Assembly: GCA_963719035.1 (NCBI GenBank)
Contig: CAVRAO010000008.1
Span: 384,001 to 448,000 of the forward strand
Direction: 5' to 3'
DNA: 64,000 bases
DNA from: Methanobacteriota archaeon
Lineage (GTDB): Archaea > Halobacteriota > Bog-38 > Methanoflorentales > Methanoflorentaceae
A program made the translations under genes and the position numbers. Every line of letters starts with the position of its first letter. The stretch's first letter is position 1. This document shows positions 49,406 through 59,755 of this stretch, in pieces. Below the pieces are notes generated by a model. The model made no database searches. It was not told the DNA's origin and saw only the letters and a list, made by a program, of their open reading frames with translations.

Positions 49406-50737
49406 ATGGCAGAAACAAAGGATAAAGAGTACGTATTGCGTCAGGTCGAAGAACAAGGCATCAAATTTATTCGACTTTGGTTTACAGACATCCTCGGCGC
49501 TTTAAAAAGCTTTGCAATCGTCAAAGACGAGCTCGAAGACGCTCTAGATGAAGGAATGGGCTTTGATGGCTCCTCAATCACAGGCTATCAGACGATTGAG
49601 GAATCCGATATGATCGCAAAACCTGATCCGAGCACTTATGAGATACTACCTTGGCGGCCCAAGGAAAAAGGCGTGGCACGAATTATCTGCGACGTGCTTG
49701 ATCCTTCAGGAAAGCCTTACGAAGGAGACCCCCGTTACGTTCTCAAGAGAAATCTGCAGCGTGCAGAAAAGAAAGGCCTTATATTCAACATAGGGCCGGA
49801 GCTTGAGTACTTCTATTTTATGAACAGCCAAGGTGCTGATGTCATCGACAACGGGGGGTACTTCGATCTCACTCCGCTTGATCAGGCAACCGATCTTAGA
49901 AGAGATACCATATTTGCGCTTGAAGATATGGGCATTCGCGTCGAATATAGCCATCATGAAGTTGGGCCCAGCCAACACGAGATCGATCTGCGATTTACCG
50001 ACGCTCTAACAATGTCTGACCGCGTCATGACATACCGTCTCGTAGTCAAAGAAATTGCTCTACGCGCGGGTTACTACGCTACGTTCATGCCAAAGCCCCT
50101 CCCTGGTGAGAATGGTAGCGGGATGCATACACATCAATCGCTATTTGACGGAAAGAAGAACGCATTTTTCAATCCCAGTGACGAGTACCACTTGTCGGAT
50201 ATAGCCAAAGGATATATTGCCGGACAGCTAAAGCACGTCAGCGAATTTTGTCTCGTAACTAGTCAATGGGTCAACTCTTACAAGCGATTGGTTCCTGGAT
50301 TTGAAGCCCCCGTTTACGTTTCTTGGGCGCGGCGTAACAGGTCAGCTCTGATACGAGTTCCGATGTACAAGCCCGGAAACGAAATGGCAACGAGGGTAGA
50401 ATTACGTTGTCCCGATCCCGCGTGTAACCCCTACCTCGCTTTTGCGGTAATGTTAGCAAGCGGTTTAGACGGAATCGAAAAGGGCTACGAGCTTCCCGAC
50501 CCGGTTGAGAAGGATATTTTCAAAATGACGCCGCAACAGCTTGAGGCCCACGGAATTGGCTCACTTCCAGAGAACTTAGGGCTTGCTATCGAGGCGGCTA
50601 AGAATTCCGAGCTCGTGCGCAGCGCACTCGGTGATTTCGTATTTGATCGTTTAATCGCACTTAAGAAGAAAGAATGGGAAGATTATCAGGTACAGGTGAC
50701 GCCATATGAGCTTGAAAGGTACCTCCCAGTTCTTTAA
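49406..50737 (+). CDS. glnA: Glutamine synthetase type I
   Basis: FDGSSI, GPELEY, HHEV..QHEI, ATFMPKP..GENGSGMH.H, NRSALIR, ELRCPDP. Confidence 0.97.
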   Translation: MAETKDKEYVLRQVEEQGIKFIRLWFTDILGALKSFAIVKDELEDALDEGMGFDGSSITGYQTIEESDMIAKPDPSTYEILPWRPKEKGVARIICDVLDPSGKPYEGDPRYVLKRNLQRAEKKGLIFNIGPELEYFYFMNSQGADVIDNGGYFDLTPLDQATDLRRDTIFALEDMGIRVEYSHHEVGPSQHEIDLRFTDALTMSDRVMTYRLVVKEIALRAGYYATFMPKPLPGENGSGMHTHQSLFDGKKNAFFNPSDEYHLSDIAKGYIAGQLKHVSEFCLVTSQWVNSYKRLVPGFEAPVYVSWARRNRSALIRVPMYKPGNEMATRVELRCPDPACNPYLAFAVMLASGLDGIEKGYELPDPVEKDIFKMTPQQLEAHGIGSLPENLGLAIEAAKNSELVRSALGDFVFDRLIALKKKEWEDYQVQVTPYELERYLPVL

Positions 50738-50948
50738 CTGTGTCTTTATGAGATAATGCAAAATTAGAAGGATTAGGCTTAGGCAATTGTCAGACAGAGC
50801 TCGATCCCATAGCAAGCTGATGTAGAGACACTTCACGCTTAGGATGCGATGGACTTATAATAGGTGAACGGACGATTGAAGGACAGAAGAGCGGCAAAAA
50901 GTACTTGAGATCAACCGCTAAATCTTTCGCTAGACACAGATTCGACGT

Positions 50949-51983
50949 TCAGATGTGTTCTGCCAGGGTTTTTTTTGCTGTTTCGAGAGGGATGCCTTTC
51001 TTTTTCCCCCCAATCTTAGCTATAGCAGCTAAATCGACGCCTGATTTAAGCTCAATGTATCCTGTGCTTTGTGCGAGCTGTAAAAACCCCGCTCCTACAT
51101 CGGTTCGCACTATGACCACAGTGTAACCCACAGATGCGCCAACGCTTCCAAACGACAAATCTGCATCTTCGCTCGTAAAGTCAACGCAATGCGCGCAACC
51201 CCCTCTTTTTGAGACGCTTGCTTCCTTTAAAGGCACCTCGAGCGTAGTCTGATCCCTAAGTTTAACAATAAGTTTTCCCTTTACGTCTAGCCCGCTTATC
51301 TCCCACGGCTTTACCCCGTATTTTGTTTGCAAAGTGTAAAGGAGATTGTTAGTGAAGACCTCGGTACAAAACAGGCCAAGGGAAAGTCGAATTGCGTTTT
51401 TATAGATCGATAAGACGTCGACGTTCGATTCGCGAATTCTTCGAACCGCTGTGGCTACACAAGGCGTTCCTACAACCGCGATCTTACGTAGCTTTCTGTC
51501 TTCTATTGCATCTCTAAGCGCTGTCAGCATGGGAGCCCACAAATACTTTGATCCAGCCGACTTAAGAACGGCATCCGACGTTTGCACGAATGCGGGCTTG
51601 GATAACTGGCTCCACTTATCCATGTCCATTACTATCGCGCCGTCTATGAGATTTGACTCAAATGCGGCGGCAAGTATAGCACTCACCACTCCACCTGACT
51701 GGGCGTCCGAGACATTAACCTTAGATTTTGATTCAAATATCGAAATGATGTCCCCGAATCCATCAGAGCTGGTTTCTTCAACTCTCGGACAAGCAGAGTA
51801 GCAGGCCGCGCACGGCACTGAATCGCGCGTCACCTTACAATAGTCATTCGAGGTGGGGTGGTCAGCCCCTTCTTCAAAATATAGGGCTTCCGTAGGACAA
51901 ACGCCTACACACGCCCCGCATCCGCAGCATCTTTCAGTATCCCACACTTTCAGCTTTAAGTCTTCATATGAAAGCAAGTTCAC
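50949..51983 (-). CDS. FrhB/FdhB-family F420-binding subunit (glutamate-synthase-associated)
   Basis: CCGCGACVGVCP, QSGG.V, SAGSKY, VGTPC, GLFC, C.HC.DFT.E.AD.S.GSVG. Confidence 0.88.
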   Translation of the reverse strand: MNLLSYEDLKLKVWDTERCCGCGACVGVCPTEALYFEEGADHPTSNDYCKVTRDSVPCAACYSACPRVEETSSDGFGDIISIFESKSKVNVSDAQSGGVVSAILAAAFESNLIDGAIVMDMDKWSQLSKPAFVQTSDAVLKSAGSKYLWAPMLTALRDAIEDRKLRKIAVVGTPCVATAVRRIRESNVDVLSIYKNAIRLSLGLFCTEVFTNNLLYTLQTKYGVKPWEISGLDVKGKLIVKLRDQTTLEVPLKEASVSKRGGCAHCVDFTSEDADLSFGSVGASVGYTVVIVRTDVGAGFLQLAQSTGYIELKSGVDLAAIAKIGGKKKGIPLETAKKTLAEHI

Positions 51984-51997
51984 GTCGCCTCCGCAAG

Positions 51998-52738
51998 CTA
52001 TTCACAGGTATACAACGCAGCATAAGGTCTGAGCGAGCTTGGCGCTATCTTTGTGAATTCCGTTTCTAAGACGCTTTCAAGGCTCAGGCTAAATTCGCGA
52101 CAGTACTCCGTAAGCACTTTCTTAACGATCATTTCGTCATCAGCAGTCATTGGAAATTGCGCTGCACCTTCTCCGAGCTTGTTATCATCGACCTCGCCTC
52201 TGACATAAATGGCGCCTCCGTGTTGTCCGGTAGCAACCCAGTCCCCTAATAAGTCGATTTTCTTGGCCGCGTTATGAAGTCCTAAGATAATGATGATGCC
52301 GCCAGCCATGTACTCACCAAGAAAGTCTCCGGCGCATCCGCCGGCAACTATTATTGGAACGCTCGACTTGTACGTCTTCATATGTATACCTACTCTATAC
52401 CCTACGTCACCGCGAACGAAAATCTTGCCACCACGCATGCTATGGCCTAAAATGTCTCGTCCGTCACCGTGGATCACAATTTTACCTGAACTCATGGTAT
52501 TTCCGACGCCATCTTGGGCGTTGCCAAAAACGGTCACTTTTGGACCATCCATGAACATTGCTAAGTCATTTCCAGGGGTGCCGTAGATGTCGATCTTGAG
52601 TTTTCCTCTTAAACTGTTGGCAATGAAACTCTGACCGTTTACGTCCTCAAGCGTCAGCTGCGCTGCTCCATTCTTAATTGCCTGTTGGACCTCCTCGTTG
52701 AGTTCCTTGAAGTGCTTGTAGTTCGCTACTATGCGCAT
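51998..52738 (-). CDS. Glutamate synthase GXGXG-domain subunit (GltB3)
   Basis: GTPGND, GNAQDGVGNTM, MRGG, GDFLGEYMAGG. Confidence 0.92.
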   Translation of the reverse strand: MRIVANYKHFKELNEEVQQAIKNGAAQLTLEDVNGQSFIANSLRGKLKIDIYGTPGNDLAMFMDGPKVTVFGNAQDGVGNTMSSGKIVIHGDGRDILGHSMRGGKIFVRGDVGYRVGIHMKTYKSSVPIIVAGGCAGDFLGEYMAGGIIIILGLHNAAKKIDLLGDWVATGQHGGAIYVRGEVDDNKLGEGAAQFPMTADDEMIVKKVLTEYCREFSLSLESVLETEFTKIAPSSLRPYAALYTCE

Positions 52739-52919
52739 GTATTACCTTTGAGAGCGTCGCGCTTTGCAGCTTGTCGATCGCTCTCGTGTATTGGATCACT
52801 AAGGCGGCTTTAGAGAGTCTGACCTGTCCCACTTGTCTTATGTTGTCCCGCTTAACAAGCAGCAACATCATGAGTGCCGCAGGATTGACCGTCATCGCTT
52901 TGTATTCGCTTTGTTACGT

Positions 52920-53405
52920 CTATTGCCTATATATCAATGCACCGCACTTACACGCAAGCACGCACGATAGCTCCGCTGCGCCTTCACACAGATCGCATTT
53001 TACCGCTTCGTGGCCGTGTATCTGTATTGCTCCAAATGGGCACGCCTCAACACATTCACCGCATCCAATGCAGCGTTCGTTTTTAATCGTTACCGTACTA
53101 TTGTCATTCTTTCCAATCGCGTTAGCTTGACAAACCTCAACACTCTTCGGGCGCTTACAGTGGTGGCACGTGATAAGATGTAACTTGCCATCGCCCTGTT
53201 CGATCGTAAGCCTCGAGAGCGGGCGCGGATACTCGCAGATCGCTGCGTTAATATCGCCTGACGTGCTATGCCGCAGCGCGCATGCTAGCTCGCACGACTT
53301 GCACGCCTTACAATTCTTCGGAACAAAGTTAACGAGTGGATCTATGTAAGCGTCACAGCCTTCGCCGTAATGAAATTGTAATTCGTCACAATCAAAGCAG
53401 CCCAT
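52920..53405 (-). CDS. 4x[4Fe-4S] ferredoxin-like subunit
   Basis: CKACKSCELAC, CHHC, CIGCGECVEACP, KCDLC. Confidence 0.85.
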   Translation of the reverse strand: MGCFDCDELQFHYGEGCDAYIDPLVNFVPKNCKACKSCELACALRHSTSGDINAAICEYPRPLSRLTIEQGDGKLHLITCHHCKRPKSVEVCQANAIGKNDNSTVTIKNERCIGCGECVEACPFGAIQIHGHEAVKCDLCEGAAELSCVLACKCGALIYRQ

Positions 53406-53451
53406 TTCGTGTTCACCTCATTTAAGAAAGAAGGAGGGTTTAAACGCTCAC

Positions 53452-54960
53452 CTACCTGCCAGCGTGTTGTACGCCGAGGATTTCCAGCGTCGTGTGATCC
53501 AATCCGTAACCTCGAAGCCGATCACGATTTCCTCTCAAACTTTCGATTGAGTTTATTCCCGCCGCACCAAGGATCTCTTTCAGCTCGATCGACCAAGCTA
53601 ACAGTAAGTTTGAGACTCGCCGCGCCCCCTCTGCCGGGTCGAGTCGCGACCTTAGTTTCGGATCCTGAGTGGTTATCCCCCAAGCGCATCTACCGGTGTA
53701 GCATCGTTTACAAACGGTGCAACCGAGAGCAATGAGGGCAGCAGTGCCTATCTTGACGGCGTCAGCCCCAAGCGCTATCGCCTTTGCAACGTCGCCACTG
53801 TTTCGGATAGTACCGCTGGCAATTAAGCTTGTTTCATTTCGTATGCCTTCTTCTCGTAACCGCTGGTCTACAACGGCAAGTGCAAGTTCAATGGGTATAC
53901 CTACGTTATCCCGAATTACCTTGGGAGTTGCGCCCGTGCCCGCTCGAAAGCCATCGATTACGATCGCGTCTGCACCCGCCCGACAAACGCCGCTAGAGAT
54001 TGCAGCAACGTTATGAACCGCAGCTATCTTCACGAAAATCGGCTTTTTGTATCTGGTTGCCTCTTTCAATGAGTTCACAAGCAGTGCTAGGTCTTCGATC
54101 GAGTAGATATCATGGTGAGGGGCCGGGCTTATGGCATCCGTCCCTACAGGAATCATTCGCGTTTCTGATATTTCATCAGTTATCTTAATTCCCGGTAGAT
54201 GCCCCCCAATCCCCGGTTTAGCCCCTTGACCGATTTTGATCTCAACCGCAGCTCCGGCTTCGAGATAAGCTGGATGGACGCCAAATCTCCCGCTAGCAAC
54301 TTGCACTATGATGTGATCTGCATATGGGTAGAGCTTCTTGTGAAGCCCTCCTTCTCCCGAACCCATGGTAGTGCCAGACATCACTGCAGCTCGAGCTAAC
54401 GCCTCGTGTGCCTCTAGACTGAGAGCTCCGTAAGACATCTGAGCTATCATTATTGGAATTTCGAGTTTGAGCGATGGCGAGAGCTCGGTCTTCAGCTTGA
54501 TGTCGTTACCGACTGATTCAAATTCCACAGATCGCGGCTTTTTCCCAATGTATGTTCGGAGTTCGATCGGTTCTCGCAAAGGATCGATCGCTGGGTTTGT
54601 TACCTGACACGCGTCTAGGAGTAGATTGTCAAAGATGATGCGCTCGTGCAGTTCATTTCCAGTACTTGCCAATAGAATGGCGCCTGTTCTCGACTGAGTA
54701 AACACATCTCTTCGCGCGTTTTCGGTCCACACGGGATGGGTGCTCATAACAGAAGGCGTTCGAGAGAGTGTTATTGCATCTTCAGGGCACATGCTAACGC
54801 ATCTCTGACAAGCGACACACCGATCGTCGAATGTTTTGACCTTATCTCCTCGCCATTCTAACGCTCCAAAAGAGCAATTCTCAACGCATCTTTTGCACAG
54901 CCTACACCGTTGCCTGTCGATGGCCACTCTAAATTCAGGCACGGAACTAAACATCGGCAT
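53452..54960 (-). CDS. gltB: Archaeal glutamate synthase FMN-binding subunit with N-terminal ferredoxins (GltB2)
   Basis: MSYGALS, GEGG, QVASGRFGV, EIKIGQGAKPG.GGHLPG, SPAPHHDIYSIEDL, C..C..C..G.C. Confidence 0.94.
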   Translation of the reverse strand: MPMFSSVPEFRVAIDRQRCRLCKRCVENCSFGALEWRGDKVKTFDDRCVACQRCVSMCPEDAITLSRTPSVMSTHPVWTENARRDVFTQSRTGAILLASTGNELHERIIFDNLLLDACQVTNPAIDPLREPIELRTYIGKKPRSVEFESVGNDIKLKTELSPSLKLEIPIMIAQMSYGALSLEAHEALARAAVMSGTTMGSGEGGLHKKLYPYADHIIVQVASGRFGVHPAYLEAGAAVEIKIGQGAKPGIGGHLPGIKITDEISETRMIPVGTDAISPAPHHDIYSIEDLALLVNSLKEATRYKKPIFVKIAAVHNVAAISSGVCRAGADAIVIDGFRAGTGATPKVIRDNVGIPIELALAVVDQRLREEGIRNETSLIASGTIRNSGDVAKAIALGADAVKIGTAALIALGCTVCKRCYTGRCAWGITTQDPKLRSRLDPAEGARRVSNLLLAWSIELKEILGAAGINSIESLRGNRDRLRGYGLDHTTLEILGVQHAGR

Positions 54961-56014
54961 TCACCAATGCTACTGTCGGCTCACCCGCGCGTGGGGCCCA
55001 CACGAAGTCTGGATTCTTGCAGACTGCCTTAATGGCGCTCTCTTCGCTCGCCATAAACGTATAATCATCCTTTTGAGCGCACACCAGCGGTCTTAGCTTG
55101 ATTCGATCAGTGAGCCCGACCATCGTATTTTTTCCTGCTACTCCAGTGAGCCCTGAACCGTTTGCTACGATGATGCTAGCAGGACCATTCACCATTGCAG
55201 AGCCATAGGTAATTCGCAACGCCTCTACAATCCTCCTCTTTTCAGCTGGCATTCGGTCTATCTTTTCCCAGAATGGAGGCGCTAATACCTCAGCTACAAG
55301 TTCAAGGGGTAGTTTATGTCTTCTAACTAAGAGATCCCACAAATAAGCCAACACTTCAGAATCGGTAGAATTACTGCATTTGTACCCATACGACTCAAGA
55401 AACCGTCTGTTTGTCCCGTAACTGGTAATTTCTCCATTATGTACGACGCTACAATCTAAGATGCTGAACGGATGTGCTCCGCCCCACCAACCTTGTGTAT
55501 TTGTGGGATACCGTCCGTGAGCTAACCACAGGTACGCTTCATATTTTTCTAGCTTGTAAAGCTCCGCTACTTGGTCAGGATAGCCAATAGCTTTGAAAAC
55601 GCCCATATTCTTGCCGCTTGAGACGACCAAAGCATCGCTCGTATTGTTAATTCTCATTGCAAGATCAATGATGTAATTATCTGCGTCAATTGCGCACTTA
55701 TCGGGCACTTCTACGAAGAAGCGCCACGGGATGTAATCTTGTGAGATGCCTGGGACATTTCGCGTAGCAATTTCTTCATCTTCATAAATGTTAACATGCT
55801 CGTGCAGCATTTCCGCTACTTGGTCTTTCTGATTATGATCCTTAAAAAGGATATGCAGAGCGTAATAATCCTTGTATTCGGGGTAAAGCCCGTAAGCTGC
55901 AAAGCCACCACCAAGTCCGTTGCATCGTTCATTCATCAAACGAATTCCCTTAATAATGCCACTCGCAGAAAACGGTAGACCGTTTTCATTAACGATGCCT
56001 AAAGTACTACACAA
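54947..56014 (-). CDS. Class II glutamine amidotransferase subunit (GltB1)
   Basis: N-terminal Cys, ER.NGLG.G, HGRYPTNT..WWGGAHPF, HNGEI, TDSEV, DRIKLRP. Confidence 0.92.
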   Translation of the reverse strand: MCSTLGIVNENGLPFSASGIIKGIRLMNERCNGLGGGFAAYGLYPEYKDYYALHILFKDHNQKDQVAEMLHEHVNIYEDEEIATRNVPGISQDYIPWRFFVEVPDKCAIDADNYIIDLAMRINNTSDALVVSSGKNMGVFKAIGYPDQVAELYKLEKYEAYLWLAHGRYPTNTQGWWGGAHPFSILDCSVVHNGEITSYGTNRRFLESYGYKCSNSTDSEVLAYLWDLLVRRHKLPLELVAEVLAPPFWEKIDRMPAEKRRIVEALRITYGSAMVNGPASIIVANGSGLTGVAGKNTMVGLTDRIKLRPLVCAQKDDYTFMASEESAIKAVCKNPDFVWAPRAGEPTVALVNADV

Positions 56015-56060
56015 GTCTGCGTCACCCCTCTCATTTTCTCCTTTTGATGATGCCTAAATA

Positions 56061-56074
56061 GGAAAACTCATTCC
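56061..56074. promoter_or_regulatory. NrpR operator 1 of the glutamate synthase operon
   Basis: GGAA-aactca-TTCC. Confidence 0.85.
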
Positions 56075-56087
56075 ACCTACTAGAGTA

Positions 56088-56101
56088 GGAACTCTGGTTC
56101 C
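56088..56101. promoter_or_regulatory. NrpR operator 2 of the glutamate synthase operon
   Basis: GGAA-ctctgg-TTCC, 27 bp from operator 1. Confidence 0.85.
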
Positions 56102-56197
56102 GCTCTACCATAAATATTTCTAAAGGCTTGGGTTATTCACTAGAAAAGTAAATCGCAACAATAAATACCGCAATATGTGCAGTGATACGACTAGGCC

Positions 56198-57175
56198 TTA
56201 AAGTCGTTGATTCAGGAGCTTTGCGTCCATGAGGGACGAGATAGAATAGGCCTTAACTTTCATATCCAGTTCATGTAACGACGCAATAGGGTTTGTGCCA
56301 GCAAAAATGTTGATTTCCATAACGTCGTCCCCGCTATTGACTCCTAAAAAATTAGCTTCTAGAGGGCTCTCGATCCATCCAACAATACCGGCGCGTTTTG
56401 CGTCCTGCAGAAGTTTTAACGTCCTTTCAGCTGCAATCTTAGGCACCGTTTGTACGTTAGCTAATACAGTGCCATCTCCGCGCTGTACAGCTGCCAGAAC
56501 AGATGTCATTTGTCTAGCAGCAAAAACTTGAATCGGATCGAGCGACGTTCCTTGATATGAGATCAGTTCGGTATATGCAGAGGGCATTCTATCCTTGATT
56601 TTAAGCAATCCGCCGTATTTAATACTTGAAGGAATGCCGTGCTTGAGTAGTACGCCATTTATTGTCATACTACACATCGTGACAAGACCGAAGGAACCAT
56701 AAGGAACAAATACAGCACCAACCTTTTCGCCTTCTTCAACGATGCGCACATAAGGGCTCACCGTATAGCCGTTATTGATCGTCTCTGCAGCTATTTCGAG
56801 CGCTCGGTCAAAATCATCCTTGTCAATGGTCGCGACATTTATGATGATGTCCCCGTTTCTTTGCTTTAAATCAAAACTAGTTCTGTAAACAAGATCCTCT
56901 ATCTTGGTTATTAAAAATCCAACGCGGTCTCCAACAATTGCCTCGTTTAACTCATTGATACCTTTCTCTGTTATTATACGGCCGGCATTGCCTATCTTAA
57001 TCGTAAATCCTTTGTAGTCAAGGAGTACCAAATAGTGTCTTACCGCCCGTTCCCCTATAGGGTACCCACGCTGACTCAAGCTGGCTGCTATCGTTCGTGC
57101 CCCGATTGCATCGTCACTCGCATCTAAGATCCGCAATATTTCTATAAGTTTCCTTTGCGTTTCAATGCTGGTCAT
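56198..57175 (-). CDS. nrpR: Nitrogen repressor NrpR (wHTH plus single NrpR domain, NrpRI type)
   Basis: EILRIL..GAR.IA..L..RGY.IGERAVR, T.CS.T..G.LL..GIP, Y.GTSLDP, GTNP. Confidence 0.9.
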   Translation of the reverse strand: MTSIETQRKLIEILRILDASDDAIGARTIAASLSQRGYPIGERAVRHYLVLLDYKGFTIKIGNAGRIITEKGINELNEAIVGDRVGFLITKIEDLVYRTSFDLKQRNGDIIINVATIDKDDFDRALEIAAETINNGYTVSPYVRIVEEGEKVGAVFVPYGSFGLVTMCSMTINGVLLKHGIPSSIKYGGLLKIKDRMPSAYTELISYQGTSLDPIQVFAARQMTSVLAAVQRGDGTVLANVQTVPKIAAERTLKLLQDAKRAGIVGWIESPLEANFLGVNSGDDVMEINIFAGTNPIASLHELDMKVKAYSISSLMDAKLLNQRL

Positions 57176-57301
57176 GTGCAATAGGCCACGCGCGAGCTGT
57201 TTCGACTTTTAAACACTATACGTGCGCTAATCTAATGAGTACCCGCATATTTGTATTTTTCCGGGTTAAGTTCAATACTCATAAATCCCTTGTGCTATGC
57301 A

Positions 57302-57389
57302 GGGCTCGTAGGGTAGTGGACTATCCTCTTGGACTTCGGAGCTATTGTGGAGAAATCCAAGAACCTGGGTTCAAATCCCAGCGGGCCCG
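57302..57389 (+). tRNA. tRNA-Arg(UCG) with a 15-nt intron at 37/38 (57340-57354)
   Basis: Acceptor GGGCTCG/CGGGCCC, anticodon stem TTGGA/TCCAA, GGTTCAAATCC T-arm; BHB formed by CTTC/GGAG helix with GGA and AAA bulges. Confidence 0.93.
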
Positions 57390-57466
57390 TTTACCAGTTT
57401 TTTCGAAAGCACTGACATAGCTTCAAGATTACGGGCTAACAGTAAGAACAAACTAATCTTTTTTTT

Positions 57467-58807
57467 TCAGTTGGTTAGGCTCGTGAGAGGCGCTGGAATC
57501 GAACCCCCCCTTCGAATGAATTTTTTCGAGCTGAAAGCGTTGAGCCGCACTACGGGTGCTGCCCCTAGCAGTCCACCGAACTCAATCCAGTCACCTTCTT
57601 TTCCAACGGGAATAAGACGCACACCTGTCGTTTTGTTGTTGATGACCCCTATAGCGCACTCATCTGCAATAATTCCCGCAATCGACTCGGCAGATGTGGC
57701 AGCAGGAATGCACACCATGTCGAGACCAACCGAACATACGGCAGTCATTGCCTCGAGTTTTTCCAGCCCAATTGCGCCGATCTTAAGTGCTTCGGCCATG
57801 CCTGCGTCCTCGCTAACCGGTATGAATGCCCCGCTAAGTCCCCCTACTCGGGATGAGCCCATCGCACCTCCTTTTTTTACCGCATCAGTGAGCATCGCAA
57901 GTGCGGCAGTCGTTCCGGGAGCTCCACAACGCTCAACACCCATTGCTTCGATGATCTGTGCGACAGAGTCACCCTTCTGGGGGGTGGGCGCTAACGAGAG
58001 GTCAACTATTCCAAAATCTACACCCAATCGCGCTGCTATCTCCTTACCTACTAGTTCGCCAACGCGTGTGATCTTAAACGCAGCTCGTTTGACGACCTCA
58101 GCAAGCTCACTAAGGTCACAATCTCCCATGTTCTCAACTACCGCTCTTATGACGCCAGGACCTGATATTCCCACGTTCAGGACCGATTCGGGTTCGCCCG
58201 GGCCGTGAAATGCACCTGCCATAAAAGGATTGTCCGGCGGCGCGTTAGCAAAAGTAACCAGACGGGTACAGAGCCGCGGATCGATAAGAGCCAGTTCTTT
58301 GATGATCCGGCCCATTCTAAGCGCAGCCTCGATGTTGATACCCGCGTTGGTGGTTGCAATGTTTACAGAGGCGCATACCTTTTCAGTCGTGCTGAGCGCC
58401 TGAGGGATCGAATTAACAAGTGCCTCAGCCCCAACTGTAAAGCCTTTTTGGACGAGAGCGGAATAACCACCGATGAAGTCAACGTTTAATTCACACGCAG
58501 CTTGATCCATCGCAGATGCGATCAGTGGACCCGCTTGCGGATGGACGTCGATTAAAGAGCCAATGGGAGTTACCGAGATACGTTTGTTCACAATGGGCAA
58601 GGAATACCGTGCTTCGGCGCGATCGGCTTCTGAGCACAGATTGGCCGCCGTGGCTACAATCTGATCATGCACGGCATTGGCCATTCGTTCAGGATCGTCT
58701 CGCACGCACCCCATCAAGTTCACACCTACGGTGACCGTCCGTATGTCGAGATGCTCGTAAAGGATCATGTCGAGGGTTTCGAGTATTTCGTCAGCAGTGA
58801 AGATCAT
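57467..58807 (-). CDS. UPF0210/DUF711 (PFL-like) protein
   Basis: LDIRTVT.G, IVNKRISVTP, F.NA..DNPFMAGAFHG, GGLSGAFIPVSED, LEAMT.VCSVGLDM. Confidence 0.93.
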   Translation of the reverse strand: MIFTADEILETLDMILYEHLDIRTVTVGVNLMGCVRDDPERMANAVHDQIVATAANLCSEADRAEARYSLPIVNKRISVTPIGSLIDVHPQAGPLIASAMDQAACELNVDFIGGYSALVQKGFTVGAEALVNSIPQALSTTEKVCASVNIATTNAGINIEAALRMGRIIKELALIDPRLCTRLVTFANAPPDNPFMAGAFHGPGEPESVLNVGISGPGVIRAVVENMGDCDLSELAEVVKRAAFKITRVGELVGKEIAARLGVDFGIVDLSLAPTPQKGDSVAQIIEAMGVERCGAPGTTAALAMLTDAVKKGGAMGSSRVGGLSGAFIPVSEDAGMAEALKIGAIGLEKLEAMTAVCSVGLDMVCIPAATSAESIAGIIADECAIGVINNKTTGVRLIPVGKEGDWIEFGGLLGAAPVVRLNAFSSKKFIRRGGSIPAPLTSLTN

Positions 58808-59063
58808 AACTACCCCTTTAGCGCGACGCTATCTGCGTACGCACCAGAGTTATAGCGGCCGTTTATCGACTTAAAGCTTAATCTTTGCGGTTTTTCGCCC
58901 TAAAATAGGCCACGTTTTTTTGCTAACAAGCGAAGACGATGTGAAACAGAAAACGCTCGAACGACAAGTTATTTCCCTGCTGTATTGGCTCACAAACACA
59001 TATTTCGATTTCGGCTCGAGCAATATTTTGTCACGTGTTATATCGTTACGAGGGGGAAAAAGG

Positions 59064-59138
59064 CGGACCCGGGGGGATTTGAACCCTCGACCACCGGCTT
59101 AGAAGGCCGGTGCTATATCCTGACTAAGCCACGGGCCC
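59064..59138 (-). tRNA. tRNA-Arg(UCU)
   Basis: Reverse complement GGGCCCGTGGCTTAGTCAGGATATAGCA-CCGGC-CTTCTAA-GCCGG-TGGTC-GAGGGTTCAAATCCCCC-CGGGTCC-G. Confidence 0.95.
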
Positions 59139-59358
59139 CTTATTTCACATGCTCGTAACTCATACTTATATTGTCTTAAAAAGCGATTAAGCGACGCTGG
59201 TGCATTTTAGCAGCTCCCGCCGTTTAAACGTTATTTTAAGCGGATCGAGCAAATGCTAGTGAGAGACTCTCGGCGCTGACGACCAAACCTCTCGTATCGC
59301 AAAGAGCCACCGTATACCTTAGCTTATGTAAAACTGGCCTTTTTAGGCTGGAATGACT

Positions 59359-59751
59359 TCAGCGACCTTCATAGTGGCATACTTCAGAGGTCTCCACTGT
59401 TAAGATCTTTCCTGGTCCTTGATCCTCGATCGCGCGCAGTCGGCACGTCTGCTCGCGCAGTTCAAGCTGAACACGGGCTGACATGAGTTCGCGTTCCTCA
59501 TAGAAGTCGCCAACGCGGTGTCTAACTTTTTGCATTGTAATGGTTTTATCGCGTAAGCGCGCCAGAACACCGGTCGTACCGATCGCAACATCGTGACGGC
59601 TCGCGTCTGTCACGAACAATGTATCACCAACGTGAGCTTCAAAAACAATGGGAATATTGTGAGCGCTGCGCAACTCAAATGTCCTCACGCGCTTTTTGAC
59701 GAGATCGTCGATTCTGTCTTTTGATATGCCGGTCAAAGCTAAATGTCTCAT
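59359..59751 (-). CDS. DUF473 family protein
   Basis: ALTGIS..I.DL...RT.ELRSAHN, F.T..S..D...GT.G. Confidence 0.85.
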   Translation of the reverse strand: MRHLALTGISKDRIDDLVKKRVRTFELRSAHNIPIVFEAHVGDTLFVTDASRHDVAIGTTGVLARLRDKTITMQKVRHRVGDFYEERELMSARVQLELREQTCRLRAIEDQGPGKILTVETSEVCHYEGR

Positions 59752-59755
59752 TTGC

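Noticed and set aside
57345-58208. 287-aa + strand ORF
   Set aside because: Starts inside the tRNA-Arg intron and is antisense to the UPF0210 gene
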